A stretch of 64,000 nucleotides of DNA, taken from contig CM060731.1 in assembly GCA_030704615.1 (NCBI GenBank), forward strand, positions 2,728,001 to 2,792,000, given 5' to 3'. Both the position numbers and the translations under genes were made by a program. Numbering within the stretch: position 1 is the first letter of the stretch; every line of letters begins with the position of its first letter. A model generated the notes under the pieces. It did not search any database. It was not told the DNA's origin and saw only the letters and a program-made list of their open reading frames with translations. Below, one piece after another: positions 1-13,218 of this stretch. The stretch is from Takakia lepidozioides. Taxonomy: Eukaryota > Plantae > Bryophyta.

Positions 1-3000
1 TTACTCTGGGGCCTCTTCCATGGCACATTGAACATATTGGCCAAGTCTCAAAGCGAACCAAAATCATCTCGATGGCCAATCATCCGTTGAGCCATTGAAT
101 GAATTTTCATTGATCTGATATTAGTCTGGGACCTGTGAGAGGGTGTCTCAAACGTACTAGCAAAGTTTGGAAGCAAACAAAAATGATTTGGATGGGCAAC
201 CATCCGTTCACCCGTTGAATGTATTCCGCTGGATCTGCTATTGCTTTGGGACCTGTTGGACTGTGTTTCGCGTGCTCACGATTTTTTTTTTTCATTTGGT
301 TTTTGAATAGGGCGTGTAATGTAGCCATATGCAACGTGCGTGCCAAATTTGGGAGCGAATATAATTCATTTGGACCCAAAACCACAGTTTCTTCCTTGTT
401 TTGCACTACAAACTTATTTTGTGTTCAACTTCATGCACTCTTCATAGAGAGTTCAGCAATAGTGAGCGAAGAGAACACTTTTTTGGGGGGGCATTTTTTA
501 TTGGTCCAAATTTTGGCGGGGGAGTAGTGGTGGGATGCTGGAAGCCATAGAACAAAATTGAGCCAAAAACAAAATCGATACGTGCCAGAAACCCCCATGA
601 AAGGCAGTGCAAACCTATTTATTGGCTTAAAATTAATTTAAATTCAATTACATTATGGAATGGCTTGGTGTCGATGGGGAGGCAAAAGATTTATTCGTCT
701 GTTGTGTCTCCGCACATGTTCAAGCACATGCGGGCAAAAGAGTGGCTTCAACCACATCCGTTCAATGGGTGCAATAGCCGTGCACGCATAGCAGGATTTC
801 TTTTTCGCAATGAACAAAAACCAGATGACAACTGAACGCCTCATTCGCCCATTGAACGAATTTTGATTGATCTCATATTACACTGGGACCTATCAGAGGG
901 TACATTGAACACACTGGCCAAGTCTCAAAGCAAACGAAAATCATTTGGATGGGCAACCATCCGTCGGCCCATTGAACGAATTTCGATTAATCTCATATTA
1001 CTCTGGGGCCTCTTCCATGGCACATTGAACATACTGGCCAAGTCTCAAAGCGAACCAAAATCATCTCGATGGCCAACCATCCGTTGACCCATTAAATGAA
1101 TTTCGATTGATCTGATATTAGTCCGGGACATCTGAGAGGGTGTCTTGAACGTACTAGCAAAGTTTGGAAGCAAACAAAAATGATTTGGATGGGCAACCAT
1201 CCGTTCACCCGTTGAATGTTTTCCGCTGGATCTGTTATTGCTTTGGGACCTGTTGGACTGTGTTTCGCGTGCGCTCGATTTTTTTTTCATTTGGTTTTTG
1301 AATGGGGCGTGTAATGTAGCCATATGCAACGTGCGTGCCAAATTTGGGAGCGAACATAATTCATTTGGACCCAAAACCACAGTTTTTTCCCTGTTTTGTA
1401 CTTCAAACTTGATTTGTGTTCAACTTCATGCACTCTTCATAGAGAGTTCTGCAATTGATCTCATATTACACTGGGACCTATCAGAGGGTACATTGAACAC
1501 ACTGGCCAAGTCTCAAAGCGAACGAAAATCATTTGGATGGGCAACCATCCGTTGGCCCATTGAACGAATTTTGATTGATCTCATATTACTCTGGGGCCAC
1601 TTCCATGGTACATTGAAGATACTGGCCAAGTCTCAAAGCGAACCAAAATCATTTGGAGGCAAATGATTTATGCGTCTGTTCATTTATTTGTGATTAATCG
1701 TTAATGGTGAAAAGGATAAACCAAAGGTTCCTTGATAAAAAAAAAATTGAATGATTTGAAATTTTGCCAGTATGTTCTACATGCCTCTTACATGGACCGG
1801 ACAAGTATGAGATCAATAAAAAATGGTTCACAGGAGGAACCAATGGTTACTTGATGTGCCAATTTCTGAATGCTTTCAAACTTTGCCATTGCATTGTACA
1901 TGCCCTCTTAAAGGTACCAGACAAAAACCACAACTGAACGTCTCATTGGCCCATCGAACGAATTTTGATTGATCTCATATTACACTGGGACCTATCAGAG
2001 GGTACATTGAACACACTGGCCAAGTCTCAAAGCGAACGAAAATCATTTGGATGGGCAACCATCCGTTGGCCCATTGAACGAATTTTGATTGATCTCATAT
2101 TACTCTGGGGCCTCTTCCATGGTACATTGAACATACTGGCCAAGTCTCAAAGCGAACTAAAATCATTTCGATGGCCAACCATCCGTTGAGCCAACGATTG
2201 AATTTCAATTGATCTGATATTAGTCCGGGACCTGTGAGAGGGTGTCTCGAACGTACTAGCAAAGTTTGGAAGCAAATAGAAATGATTGGATAGGCAACCA
2301 TCCGTTCACCCATTGAATGTATTCTGTTGGATCTATTATTACTTTGGGACCTGTTGGACTGTGTTTCGCGCGCTCATGTTTTTTGTTTCAATCCGTTTTT
2401 GAATGGGGCGTGTAATGACTCCATATGCAACGTGCGTGCCAAATTTGGGATTGATCAAAATTCAATTGGACCCAAAACCACAGTTTCTTGCCCGTTTTGC
2501 ACTTCCATACTTGATTTGTGCTCTACTTCATGCACTCTTCATAGAGAGTTCTGCAATAATGAGCGAAGAGAACATTTTTTTCTTGGGGCATTTTTTATTG
2601 GTCCAAATTTTGGCAGGGGAGTAGCAGTGGGATGCTTGAATCCGCAAAACAAAATTGAGCCAAAAATAAAATCGATACGTGCCAGAAACCCCCAATGAAA
2701 GGCAGTGCAAACATATTTATTGGCTTAAAATTAATTTAAATTCAATTACATTATGGAATGGCTTGGTGTCGATGGGGAGGCAAATGATTTATTCGTCTGT
2801 TGTGTCTCCACACATGTTCAAGCACATGCTGGCAAAGAGGGGCTTCAACCATATCCGTTCAATGGGTGCAATAGCCGTGCACGCATTGGAGGATTTTTTT
2901 CTTCGCAATGAACAAAAATCAGATGACAACTGAACGCCTCATTGGCCCATTGAACGAATTTCAATTGATCTCATATTACACTGGGACCTATCATAGGGTA

Positions 3001-3596
3001 GATTGAACACACTTGCCAAGTCTCAAAGTGAACGAAAATCATTTGGATGGGCAACCATCCGTTGGCCCATTGAACGAATTTTGATTGATCTCATACTACT
3101 CTAGGGCCTCTTCCATGGTACATTGAATATCCTGGCCAAGTCTCAAAGCGAACCAAAATCATTTGGAGGCAAATGATTTATTCGTCTGTTCATTTATTCG
3201 TGATTAATCGTTAATGGTGAAAAGGATAAACCAAAGGTTCCTTGATAAAAAAAAATTTGAATGATTTGAAATTTTGCCAGTATGTTCTACATGCCTCTTA
3301 CATGAACCGGACAAGTATGAGATCAATAAAAAATGGTTCACATGAGGAACCAATGGTTACTTGATGTGTCAATTTCTGAATGCTTTCAAACTTTGTCATT
3401 GCATTGTACATGCCCTCTTAAAGGTACCGGACAAGTATGAGTTCAATTTAAAATATTGCAATGGGTGAACCCATGGTATCTTCATTCAGCAATTTTTGAT
3501 TGTTTTGAAACTTTGCCAGTATATTGTACATGCCGTCAAACAGATACCGAACAAGTATGAGGTCATTTAAAAATGGTTCAAAGGATGAACCTCGTA
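1..3596 (+). repeat. Satellite of ~120-bp monomers arranged in ~1-kb higher-order units (TE-internal)
   Basis: GGCCAAGTCTCAAAG recurs 120 bp apart (~917/1037, ~1504/1624). Larger blocks recur about 1 kb apart (~35/1033). Confidence 0.9.
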
Positions 3597-3688
3597 TTTC
3601 CAAAAATTACGTAGACTATACAGTGGGTTGCACATTTAAGTTTTCGCAACCTGAGACCTTTGGCCTACTCCCTACGTTTCTAGCCTTT

Positions 3689-6221
3689 TTAGTCATCTTC
3701 ATCTAGATTTATTACTTCGCTGTCGTCATCTCCAGATGTTGATGAAGATGCTCCGGGTGTAGAGGACGTGCCTCCACCAGTACGGAGAGCTCGAGCCTGG
3801 GCTCAAGTGGTCAAAGATGGACCCAGTGTTGCGTGGTCCACCCTTGCTATCATGCGTAGCGTTCTAGGCGAGTGCTGACTCTCTTTCACATTTGCCAGAG
3901 CCGGGTGTGTCGCTCTTGCTACGGCGGCATGCAATTTTTCAATTAAATCTGATATGTTTGGAAGTGGCAAGAACACCCCTGGAATAGGGGCAACTTGGTC
4001 ACGCCATGTGTTCTGCCAATACTTTATAACACTCGTGATGGCAGCCTTGAAATTGTCCAACACCTCCTCCTGCTGGGGGTCTCTGCGCAACTCTGGAAGA
4101 AATGGCCCATCATCCCGACGAGGCACCCAGTACGTCTCATTCATATCCTCCCAACGGATGCTAGCGGCCTCCAACTCCCTCAGAAATAGGTCTCTCCCAA
4201 TCGGTTCGCGATTGTATGGGTCGTTTTCCGCTGGCACCCACGGATCCTCAAGCAGTCGAAAGAATCTTTGTCTGGTACAGCTCCAATGCCCTCCCAAGTT
4301 CCGGCAAAAAAACTCCCTTTGGACTGGGTCCCATATGCCTCTAGCACGCATGGTTATTTCCCAGTTGGATGTCACCCAAAAGCTCACCGGATCTTTAACC
4401 CTAGTTAACGTCTTCGCATCCAAGGCGTGCATCTCTCTTTGAGCATCCCATGTCATTGTCTCCCCCCAGTGCTGCCAATTTAAAAAATCGTAAGGCGATA
4501 CATCCAATGGCATGTTGTACCGGTTGTACTCGTATCCCGTGGGCATATTGTCTTGCAACCCAAACAACTCGTAGAAACGTCGATGGATTGGTCCACGACA
4601 GTCAGGGCATTGGCTGGCTCGCATGGCTGCCGATATGAGACATGTGGGATGGAACAAATGGCCACATGAACCAAGCATATAGCCTCCCTCCGGTCCATAA
4701 GGGTTTAGACACATTGTGCACACCGTACCATCTGTTACCCATGACGCTGGATTGCTCTGTGGTATCCACGTCCGTTTATCCTCATTAATGTAGGATGACA
4801 TCCTCGGCCTGGTGTCCCACTCTTCCTCTACTTCCAAATTCCCAGTTTATGCTGTTATTGGTATCGGAAATTGTATGCACATAGTGCTCAAACATGACAT
4901 GCACATCACCCCATGTGATGAATCTAGTGTACTTCGACGTGAATACATCACGCACAGTGTCGTGCCTTTGCAAATTAGCATAGATGCTATCTACGCTTCG
5001 ATTCGACAAACGTGCTGCACGTTGGAGGGAGGACAACGCTTCTTCTATCCGTGTTTCCCGCGATGCTAGATGGCTCGCCCATGTCACCCAATTCCGCCAA
5101 TTCCCCTTCAACCATGGCCACGATCGGATTTGCATGGCATTTGAGTACCAATATGCAACAGCCTTAGCTTGCTCGCGTTCCCCCACAAGCTGCTCTAATT
5201 CCTGTTCTTAGGCCGATGTAATTTGCACGGCTGAACATTCCTCAGTTTCCACTATGGGATCCTTCCCTTTTCTTGCCCTCTCCGCCGCAAGTCTTTCTTC
5301 CTCAACCCTCGCCGGGTCCAGTTCAGACGTTTGCACTTCATTCCCATGCCCGATTGAGTCAACCCCGTCGATGACGCGGTCAATGTCCATTGGTGGCATA
5401 TTCAAACGCGCCAATATGTCTTGCTAGTTGGTGATTGGCCTCGGGTCCTGAAGCACACCGCGTACACTGTCGAGAGTCCCCAACCCCATTCTTTCTAGCA
5501 ACTTCGCTAGTTGCCACCGTTGCAAATGAACAATGTCTTGCAGGTCTTTGATGTGCTGTTCATGTGCGGCCAACTGTTCCTCCAACGGAGAGCGTACCTC
5601 GCCCCCCTCCACCTCAGACGTTGAAGGCCCGGCTGCGGAGACCTGTTGCGGCGTATAATCTGGAGGTTGGTCTGCATTTCCTCCTTCTTCCACCTCGTCA
5701 TTTCCATCGAACCGTATGATGTCCTGCCCCTGACGTATATACAAGTATGGGATATCAGAGAACATATATAGTCTAGTACGCTGTCTCACAGTGGCAGTTT
5801 ACCAATCCACCGGTCGCAATAAAATCAACTCTGTGTACAACATGGCCGCAAATAAATACGGGACCTTATTGTTGACGAGCAGTTGACCCCACAATGTTGT
5901 ATGTACCTCCTCTGCCTTGTGGCGGAAATGCGGGTTGGCGCAGGAATGAAAGTTAGCTTGATTTTGTTTGGTTTGTGGATCATGCCTATCTCTGGGCCAC
6001 AAACGATTTATGTGACACCAGTCCACAAATTTCCTGCAGTCACCAAGTGACCACCGCTGCCCCAACTTCCAAACTTCCCAACCTGGTTCCACAAGAATGT
6101 TGGGGTCATTGTATATGTCGCAACGAAGTTCGCGCCTGACCCCTTTTGGTTTTTTTTTGGGAGGTCCAGGTTCATTATCGTCATCCCTGGGATGACCTCC
6201 TCTGTCTTCCTCCTCCGCCAT
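3689..6221 (-). pseudogene. TE-borne RING-H2 protein, ~840 codons, intronless, disrupted by stops and a frameshift
   Basis: ORFs 5799-6221, 5424-5789, 5208-5414, 4785-5186 and 3803-4837 are collinear. C3H2C3 motif CTMC-x14-CGHLFHPTC-x10-CPDC; NLS-like PKKKPK. Homologs at 31417-33755 and 43657-46088. Confidence 0.85.
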
Positions 6222-6643
6222 TTATGGCTTTGGCTTACTCCTACTCGACAGGTGTTTGCTAAGAAAAATGCTCTCCCAACCCTCCTAAATCGTACCTAAT
6301 CCTACTCCCTAATGAATCCTCCCCAAGTACTAGAGGCACGTGTCACTCCCTCGGCAGTTCTAAGTAATATGACGCAATATGAAAAAAACGTGGGTGCTAG
6401 AGGAGGGCTTCCCAGGAGGTACTCAACATCGATTTCGTAGAATCCAACGGCCCAAAATACCCCCCACCCAACCAATAGTACCCCTCTCCACTTGGACTCA
6501 ATGACAAAGAATGCAACATCCCATCGCCCACCAAGTCCTAGTGTGGAGAAAAGTGAGGGAGAGAATGGCCTCCAAGGCCTTATAAGCCCCCCTCCACACT
6601 CGGGGCGCGCGCTGTCATCATGACTGCGCATGCTAGTAATAGT

Positions 6644-7412
6644 TGCGACCGCCAGCAGGGGTGGTCGCATATTTTTTTCTTTTATTTATTATGTGCGACC
6701 ACCAGCAGGGGGGTGGTCGCAGAATTTTTATTTTTTTTAATAGGTGGGGGTGGTCGCAAATTTGTTTATGTTTTTTAATGGGTGCGACTTCCAGCAAGGG
6801 GGTGGTCGCAGATGTTTTTTTTTTTAAGCAGCAGGGAGGTGGTCGCATAATGTTTTTTTTAAAATAGGCGCGACCACCAGCAGAGGTGTGGTCGCAGAGA
6901 TTTTGTTTAAGGTGCGACCACCACCTGCTGGTGGTCGCACTATTTTCCTTTTCTTTAATAGATGCGACCACCAGCAGGGGGGTGGTCGTAGGGGGGTGGT
7001 CGCATAATTTTCCGATTTTTTAATATCTACCAACAGTCAGTAGCCAGGTCAGTAGCTCAGTTGGTTAAGTGCACTGAGTGCGACCCGGACGATTCTGGGG
7101 TCAAATCTTGCTACTTGATGGGTGTGGTATGGTTTGTGTGTGGTGCCCCATTCCTACGCCTCTTGGCACATAAATGAAAGAGGTTATTTTCTCCTCTCAC
7201 TACTAAGGGGCATGATTTGTGAGCTGTCGCTCCTAGGTGTTTCCCAAAATAAAATAAAATAAAATCTGCGACCACCAGCAGGGATAATCAATAAATCAGT
7301 AAATAGGTGCGACTACGGGCAGGGGGGTGGTCGCAACATTTTTCTTTTATTTTAACAGTTGCGACGACCGCTACTGGTGGTCACACAACTGTTTTTTTTT
7401 AAATAGGTGCGA
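6644..7412. repeat. Array of palindromes GCGACCACC-N7/8-GGTGGTCGC with AT-rich linkers
   Basis: Directly visible, e.g. gcgaccaccagcaggggggtggtcgc at ~6695-6720. Confidence 0.9.
7047..7264 (+). mobile_element. tRNA-derived SINE inserted in the palindrome array
   Basis: Box A-like TAGCTCAGTTGG, degenerate box B-like GGGTCAAATC, unique body, A-rich tail (AAAAT)n. Second copy at 42652-42868 (-). Confidence 0.65.
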
Positions 7413-7736
7413 CCACCAGGAGGTTCAACCTCTGTATGTATGTTTGGAGAGGCAGATGAAAAGCACATGTATCGACTCCCCATAGATTTGTGAAGGGGAA
7501 GATGAATGTTGGGAGCTGCACCTGGCTTTTGTGGCTTTCGAAACCATAAAAAGAAATCAACAATGTAAAAGTAATGACGAAACACAAACACACGCACAAC
7601 CACCAAACCCTTTATTGGGTACACATATTCCATCATTTTTATTTCCGTACACGTTGCATGTACCCAAACTGAAACATGGATATCCATGGAAACATACTAC
7701 ATATCATGTGACAGGTCACAAAAGTTATAGCTGTAC

Positions 7737-8135
7737 CTAATTCCGTCTGCCACGACGACGATGGTATGATCTCACGTCTAGTACAAAATCTTCGTTCCCA
7801 CTCACTTTACCCCCGTTCCCATGATCAGTGCTAGAATCATGATCTCCATCTGTTCTTTCGTTTCCAGAGGCAACTAGCCGTTGGACCTGTAGTCGTCCTC
7901 GGACTACGTTCAGTTGTCTCTTTGGTCGATTTCCACTCCTATCATGATTACCATCTAGGGTATCAGGCCTGTTCACAGGTCGGTCACCAACAAAAAGTTG
8001 TACAATTCTCTGCCGTTTCTGGGCTTGTTCCGGATTTCGTGGTGGCCTTGGAGCAAGTCTAACCATGTTAGATACATTGTCCGGGCACACTTGGACAATT
8101 TTATCAGCTCCAATTTTATCGATGTAACTCGTCAA
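7737..8135 (-). pseudogene. Internally deleted hAT transposase remnant
   Basis: IDKIGADKIVQVCPDNVSNM matches IKQVGSDRIVQIYTDNAANM of the 38617-39168 ORF. It is fused directly to the C-terminal FVGDRP...RGRLQVQR...RRRN tail also seen in 36768-37751. Confidence 0.8.
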
Positions 8136-9059
8136 GCTAAACCTCAGCTTGCCTCACAGTATGGAGATGTCATATGCGCTGCTACCTTCAAAGACGTTCT
8201 TGTGGCATTTCATATATTTCTACCGTCACTATATACTTCTTCGATTAGATGTTGCATTATGGTTATTTCTTAGCAATTTGTTGAATCTGAACCTCTCTCA
8301 TCATCTCTACTATTTGCCAATGTTCTATCATTGCCGCTGTCAATTTAGGTCTATAAACCCCGATGAAATCAAACGACATCCACTCACGCACACAATAAAC
8401 CCATCCAGATTTAACTTACAACAGATTATCTGGCAGAAAAAATGCGCTCTTGTAACTCCTCTCTACTTGGTGACGTTTCTCGTCTCCTGATCAGCGGATG
8501 CCCTTGAAAACTTGAGAACCACAAATCTGAAGCAAAAACAGAAACCTCTGTTTCTGTCTCCACTCCCCAGGGAAAATAGTACTCATGTACGCCTTGAAGG
8601 CCCCCTGCTTCAAAGACAAAAACCACACCAGAGTGATCTATGGCTGAAATAAAGTCATTATACTCGACTTATGGCGACACGAAGGCAGGCGTACACACAT
8701 AGCGGGGGAGGAAGCAGCACATTCCAGGCCCTGGGACACACATCTCTGTCAAAAAAATGAGAGAAGGAAGAATTTTCTGATCAGCAGAGACAGAACAAGT
8801 TCCTACGCAATTTGAATGCCGAGAGATGCAACAGGGATGCCCTCAGATAAGAGAAAAAAATAGCATGACACTCATAGGCAAGCAACAAGGCAAGGCGAAC
8901 CCTGAGGCTGGTTAGAAGTTAGCCGCGGTTTCGCTAAAAATAGTTAATCCGAGAGCCAAAAATCATCTCCAGCACTACGTGTTGAATTCTGGGTGGCTGG
9001 GTTTTTCCTTCGGGATCTCACTCCAAGTCTTGAGATGTGGAGAACCACAAAGCTGGCCG

Positions 9060-9068
9060 AAACCCTAA
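9060..9068 (+). promoter_or_regulatory. Telo-box AAACCCTAA upstream of the ribosomal protein gene
   Basis: Exact motif ~50 bp before the RPL35a ATG; typical of plant translation-machinery genes. Confidence 0.7.
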
Positions 9069-9114
9069 AGTTGTTTCTCTTTCTGCGCTTGCGGCGGATA
9101 ACCGAAGGACGGCC

Positions 9115-10338
9115 ATGGTGGAACGCAAGGGAGAGCGCGTCAGGTGACTTCTTCCTCCTCTGCCTTGATGGTTTTGGCCCTCCATGACTGTTAGATGTTC
9201 CGATTGCACTTTCTTCTGGCAACTGAATTATTGTGCGCTCTCTTTGTGGACATTTCTTGTCTTCTCCTTGGTCTTTTTTTTATTTCTCTATGACTGTTTG
9301 ATGTCAAGTTCTTTGGCTGTTGCTATGTCATGCAAGTGCAGGGAGTTTGGTTGGGCATTTGACAGAGGTTTATCTCCCTTTTTTATGTGATGTTGTCATG
9401 CCTCACACATGCACACATTGTCAGTTAATGTAGGTGTGAAGTTAGACTGAAAGGATTTTGGTCAAGGAAAGACTGCCAATAGAGTTTCCTACTTATTTCG
9501 CGACCCTGTCAAAAGGAGGCTTGAAGAGAAGCAGTCATTATCTATGGTGAAAGTTGCATTTCTGCCATCCTTCTGAAGGGTTGGGCCAGAGACTGATGAG
9601 ACTAGATGTTCACGTCACTTCAGCATTTCTGAGAGATCGACGTAGGTATTTGCAATATTATTTCCTTGTTGGAGGATCCATGCCGTAGTTTCGTGCAGTG
9701 TTCTTATCCGTGCCTGGGGCGTTTTGTGCAGGTTGTATGTCCGTGGAATCATTCTTGGGTACCGAAGGTGTGTGAGTGTCTCTTGCTGTCGCATTTGGAA
9801 GCAGTCAGATCTTGTTGCTACTTTGTGACATCGTGCTGGGCATTGTCTTCTATTCACAATTAGGAGTTTTAATATGGCTTGTGTTCTCTTCCTTACAAAG
9901 TGATGGCTATGCAGGTCAAAATCTAACCAGTACCCAAGTACATCGCTCCTGCAAATTGAAGGTGTGAACACACCAGAGGAAGTCAAATGGTACCTTGGGA
10001 AGAGGCTAGCTTATGTCTACAAAGCTAAGACCAAAAGGAATGGATCTCTTTACCGATGTATCTGGGGAAAGGTGGCTCGGCCTCATGGCAACAGTGGCAT
10101 TGTTCGTGCTAGGTTCCGCAAGAATCTCCCTCCGGCTTCCTTGGTATTCGATTTTACCCCATCATTATTTATTGATCAAGTGTTTTGGATATGCATCTCC
10201 AAGACTAAAACCTCAATTTACTATGTGGAACGTTTCAGCTGAATGGATACATTTTGTGACATTACTGGTCCTAAGTACATTATTTTTGTGCCATAGGGTG
10301 CGAGAGTGAGGGTGTTCATGTATCCAAGCCGCATCTAA
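9115..10338 (+). CDS. RPL35A: 60S ribosomal protein L35a (eL33), 111 aa. Exons 9115-9143, 9732-9767, 9915-10143, 10297-10338.
   Basis: Splicing at GT-AG sites gives [39 protein letters not shown]...[13 protein letters not shown]...[41 protein letters not shown]. Confidence 0.97.
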
Positions 10339-13218
10339 GCTGGTGAGTTCTGTGACAATGCTTGAAATTTTGGAGAGATACTGTAGTTTGAAATTCTTGG
10401 ATGCTTAATGTTGATTTCCAGGCTTAAAGTCGGTGGGGAGTTATAACAGCTCGGCACTGTTATTCCGGACATAGTTGCTTCGTACTCTTACATTGAATCT
10501 CTAAGTCATGAGACAACATTCTTTCTGGTTCCGTTCCTCTTTTTATTGTTTCTTCTTTCGTGTTACTTCCTTGATGTTTATCGCGGTGCCCATGTTTTCG
10601 CCTTCTGATGGTTCTTCCTTGGATTAGCTATCTCATTTACCTTCGGTTGTCAGATGCGAGTTCACAGTTTACTCGGCTCTCACATGGTCCTATATAACCC
10701 GTACTTCGGCTGCCGGGCCTGTTGGACATGGAGTAGTGGTGTACACTTTAGCTGTTTTGTAGCTGCAGTATTTAACTGGCTGCTTGTGTTTTGTATAGAT
10801 TATATTGCACAAGCAGGTATACCAGGACTTGTGGGAAGAGTAAGGTTTTGAAAACTGGGCTCTACAATTTGGTGGAGTTTGAATGGACATCCTTTTAGAA
10901 AAAGTCCCACATATGAGTGTCTTTGAGCTAAACTCAGAAAATAATTGAACTCCAATGTTGAGACATGCACTTTCAAATTTGTAACCTCAGCCTAGGTTGA
11001 AAGGAGGGGTTCAAAGGCCTGCGCACCTTTCCATGCAGCAGGTGCTTACGCAGCTAGGGGGGCTTGTGTGATAGGCTGTACTGACAGGGCAAGCGCATCA
11101 GCCATTACTAATGAGGTGTAGTTGGTACACATGCGTAAGTTCTGGCACGTGCCAGTTCATGTGGTAAATCGCCCTGTGAACAGCCAACTCGCCATATTGT
11201 GTGGAGGTTTGGCTGGAAGTAGTACCCTTAAACAGGTCACAGGCACATTGCAAGAAAGTTCAGAGGTCCTTTGGACCGGATTTCTCCCTCTGTTATGTCT
11301 GAAGACGGGCTCACCCGTCCTCATGGGAAGCTGCTCTGAACTTGTGGCTTATTCAGCTAAAGGATAAAATCACTTGTTCTCACACTCTGAACCTGTCTTG
11401 AAGGTATATGATAAACTTTGGCAGTAGTATATGGCACCGTGCAGTAACTAGTTGTGCTGGGAACAGGTAGTAAACAATTGATGGTTTCGCGAGTAGTGCA
11501 TCCCCATTGCATAGAAAAGTAACAATCTATAAGGATGACTTTTTGTTGATACAACCTTCAGGCAAGAGTAAGCATCTGGCATGGCTCGGGGAAATATGAC
11601 CTATGGCATAGTAAAGTGGCAGTCTAAAGGATCAGTTTTTGCTTATATAACCTTTTTGGCTCCTTGAGTAGAAGTGATGGTTGCTTGTCACTACCACACA
11701 TGTTCTTCTTCTTGGTCCATGGATTGGTGAGAGACAATCACCAAGCCATACCGCCATTCTCTGTGAGTTAAATATCAATATGAATCCTTGTTGTTATGTG
11801 TGTATAAAGCCCTTTTTTTTCTTTTGCCTGCCTCTGTTTTTCTTCTTTGCTGTTTGTTTCTTGTTTTCTCTTCTGAAAATCACTCTTAACCATAGATCAG
11901 ATCTTCTCGGTACATTTTTGGTTACCATCAATTGGCTATATGTATAGATCTCGATACTTATGAGGATATTGATATAATAGATAGAAATCTTTGAGATCTT
12001 CTCCTATATCAACCATTCTGATACAAGTTCAATCTTGCAGGACATGGATGGGTCACGGACTCTAGGAGAGGGACCTGGGATTGGAAGAAGCTGTTTATGG
12101 TTGGCGCCAGCAGATATTTCTGCTTGTCCTCAGAGAGGAACAAATATTGTGAGGAGTGCGTGGATGTCATCACCCTCTTTGTGGGAGCAGATATTTCTGC
12201 TTGTCCTCAGTGAGGAACAAATATTGAGAGGACTATATGCATGTCATCACCCTCTTGATCTTGTAATAGAGCCTTTAATTTGGGAGGTTTCAATGTGCTG
12301 TGCTGCTTTTTTCAGTTGGTTTGGCTTGTGTTGGAGCTGCTATGATTCAATTCTTTTTGGAGTGGTAACTCTTTGGATTACAGCTTCCAACTTAGCTAAG
12401 CGTATGCTCAGTCAATTCACAAGTGTTCTCTGCAAACCCAGCGTATATCTTGGTGTGGAATACTTGCTACATTTTCAGGCAGTAATAAAAGATGGGTTTA
12501 GGCTGTTATGAAAGAACTGGCAGGAACGAGGATGAAGTTATCTGGAGTAGATAAGATAAAGATAAAGTTTCTTTAATGTCCAGTGAATTTACAGAGCCTA
12601 CTGCTCAACACTCAGGCCATGGAGGGCCCAATGGACGGTCTGTTGAATGATGGAAAATATTCATGAATGGAGGATGCATGAATACAGTGTAGACGAATGC
12701 ACAATGGATATGACATGAGTGTGTGGTGTTTGTGGGATGGATTCATGAAGATTGCCATTTCATTCTAAGTGGATTCTTTGTTCCATTTTTTTTGTCTGCC
12801 GGAACATCTGCAATAAAGTAGGGGTATTCAATATTTTCCGAAGTGGATGAGAACAGAACATTAAAAATGCGTAGTTCAGTCTCACTTAGAGCCAGTACAA
12901 TGTATCCTCGCGTCCTCTGCATCCAAGTCCAAAAATTTAAGAACTCCGAATCTACGATGGCTACACCTCCGGTCGGGCAATAAAAAGTCAGGGGAGAGAG
13001 CCTCGGCCATTTGAAGTGCCATTGCTTCGGCATACACAGGAAGCACAAAAGTGGAAAGGGGACTGTCGAAAACAGTCTCGCCACAAATGGGGATGTCTCT
13101 TGAAGATCCATCGTTGCCTTTCCTGCAAGTCACAGCAAGAAAAACGTTATTACTGCAAATTTGATGTCTGCGATTGAACAGGGCACTAAAAGTGGAATAT
13201 GACAATTCCATGGCAAAC

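Larger units (their letters stand above)
1..8135 (-). mobile_element. Copy A of the cargo-carrying giant hAT family (GCGACCACC subfamily). Truncated on the transposase side and runs off the left edge of the window.
   Basis: ~1920-7820 is the reverse complement of ~41691-47700. Same order: transposase C-terminus, palindrome array with SINE, RING gene, satellite. Confidence 0.85.

Noticed and set aside
107-2933. Recurrent short ORFs (also at 28.4-30.9 kb and 46.2-47.7 kb)
   Set aside because: Translations of satellite monomers; frames are inconsistent between copies and there are no recognisable domains.
7047-7120. tRNA gene
   Set aside because: Only box A/B-like motifs; no convincing cloverleaf. 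It is followed by a body and an A-rich tail, which fits a SINE.
8149-8990. Gene divergent from RPL35a
   Set aside because: No coherent exon chain or recognisable protein could be built.
12035-12511. 158-aa ORF
   Set aside because: No motifs. It overlaps a local ~77-bp tandem duplication and is probably non-coding.
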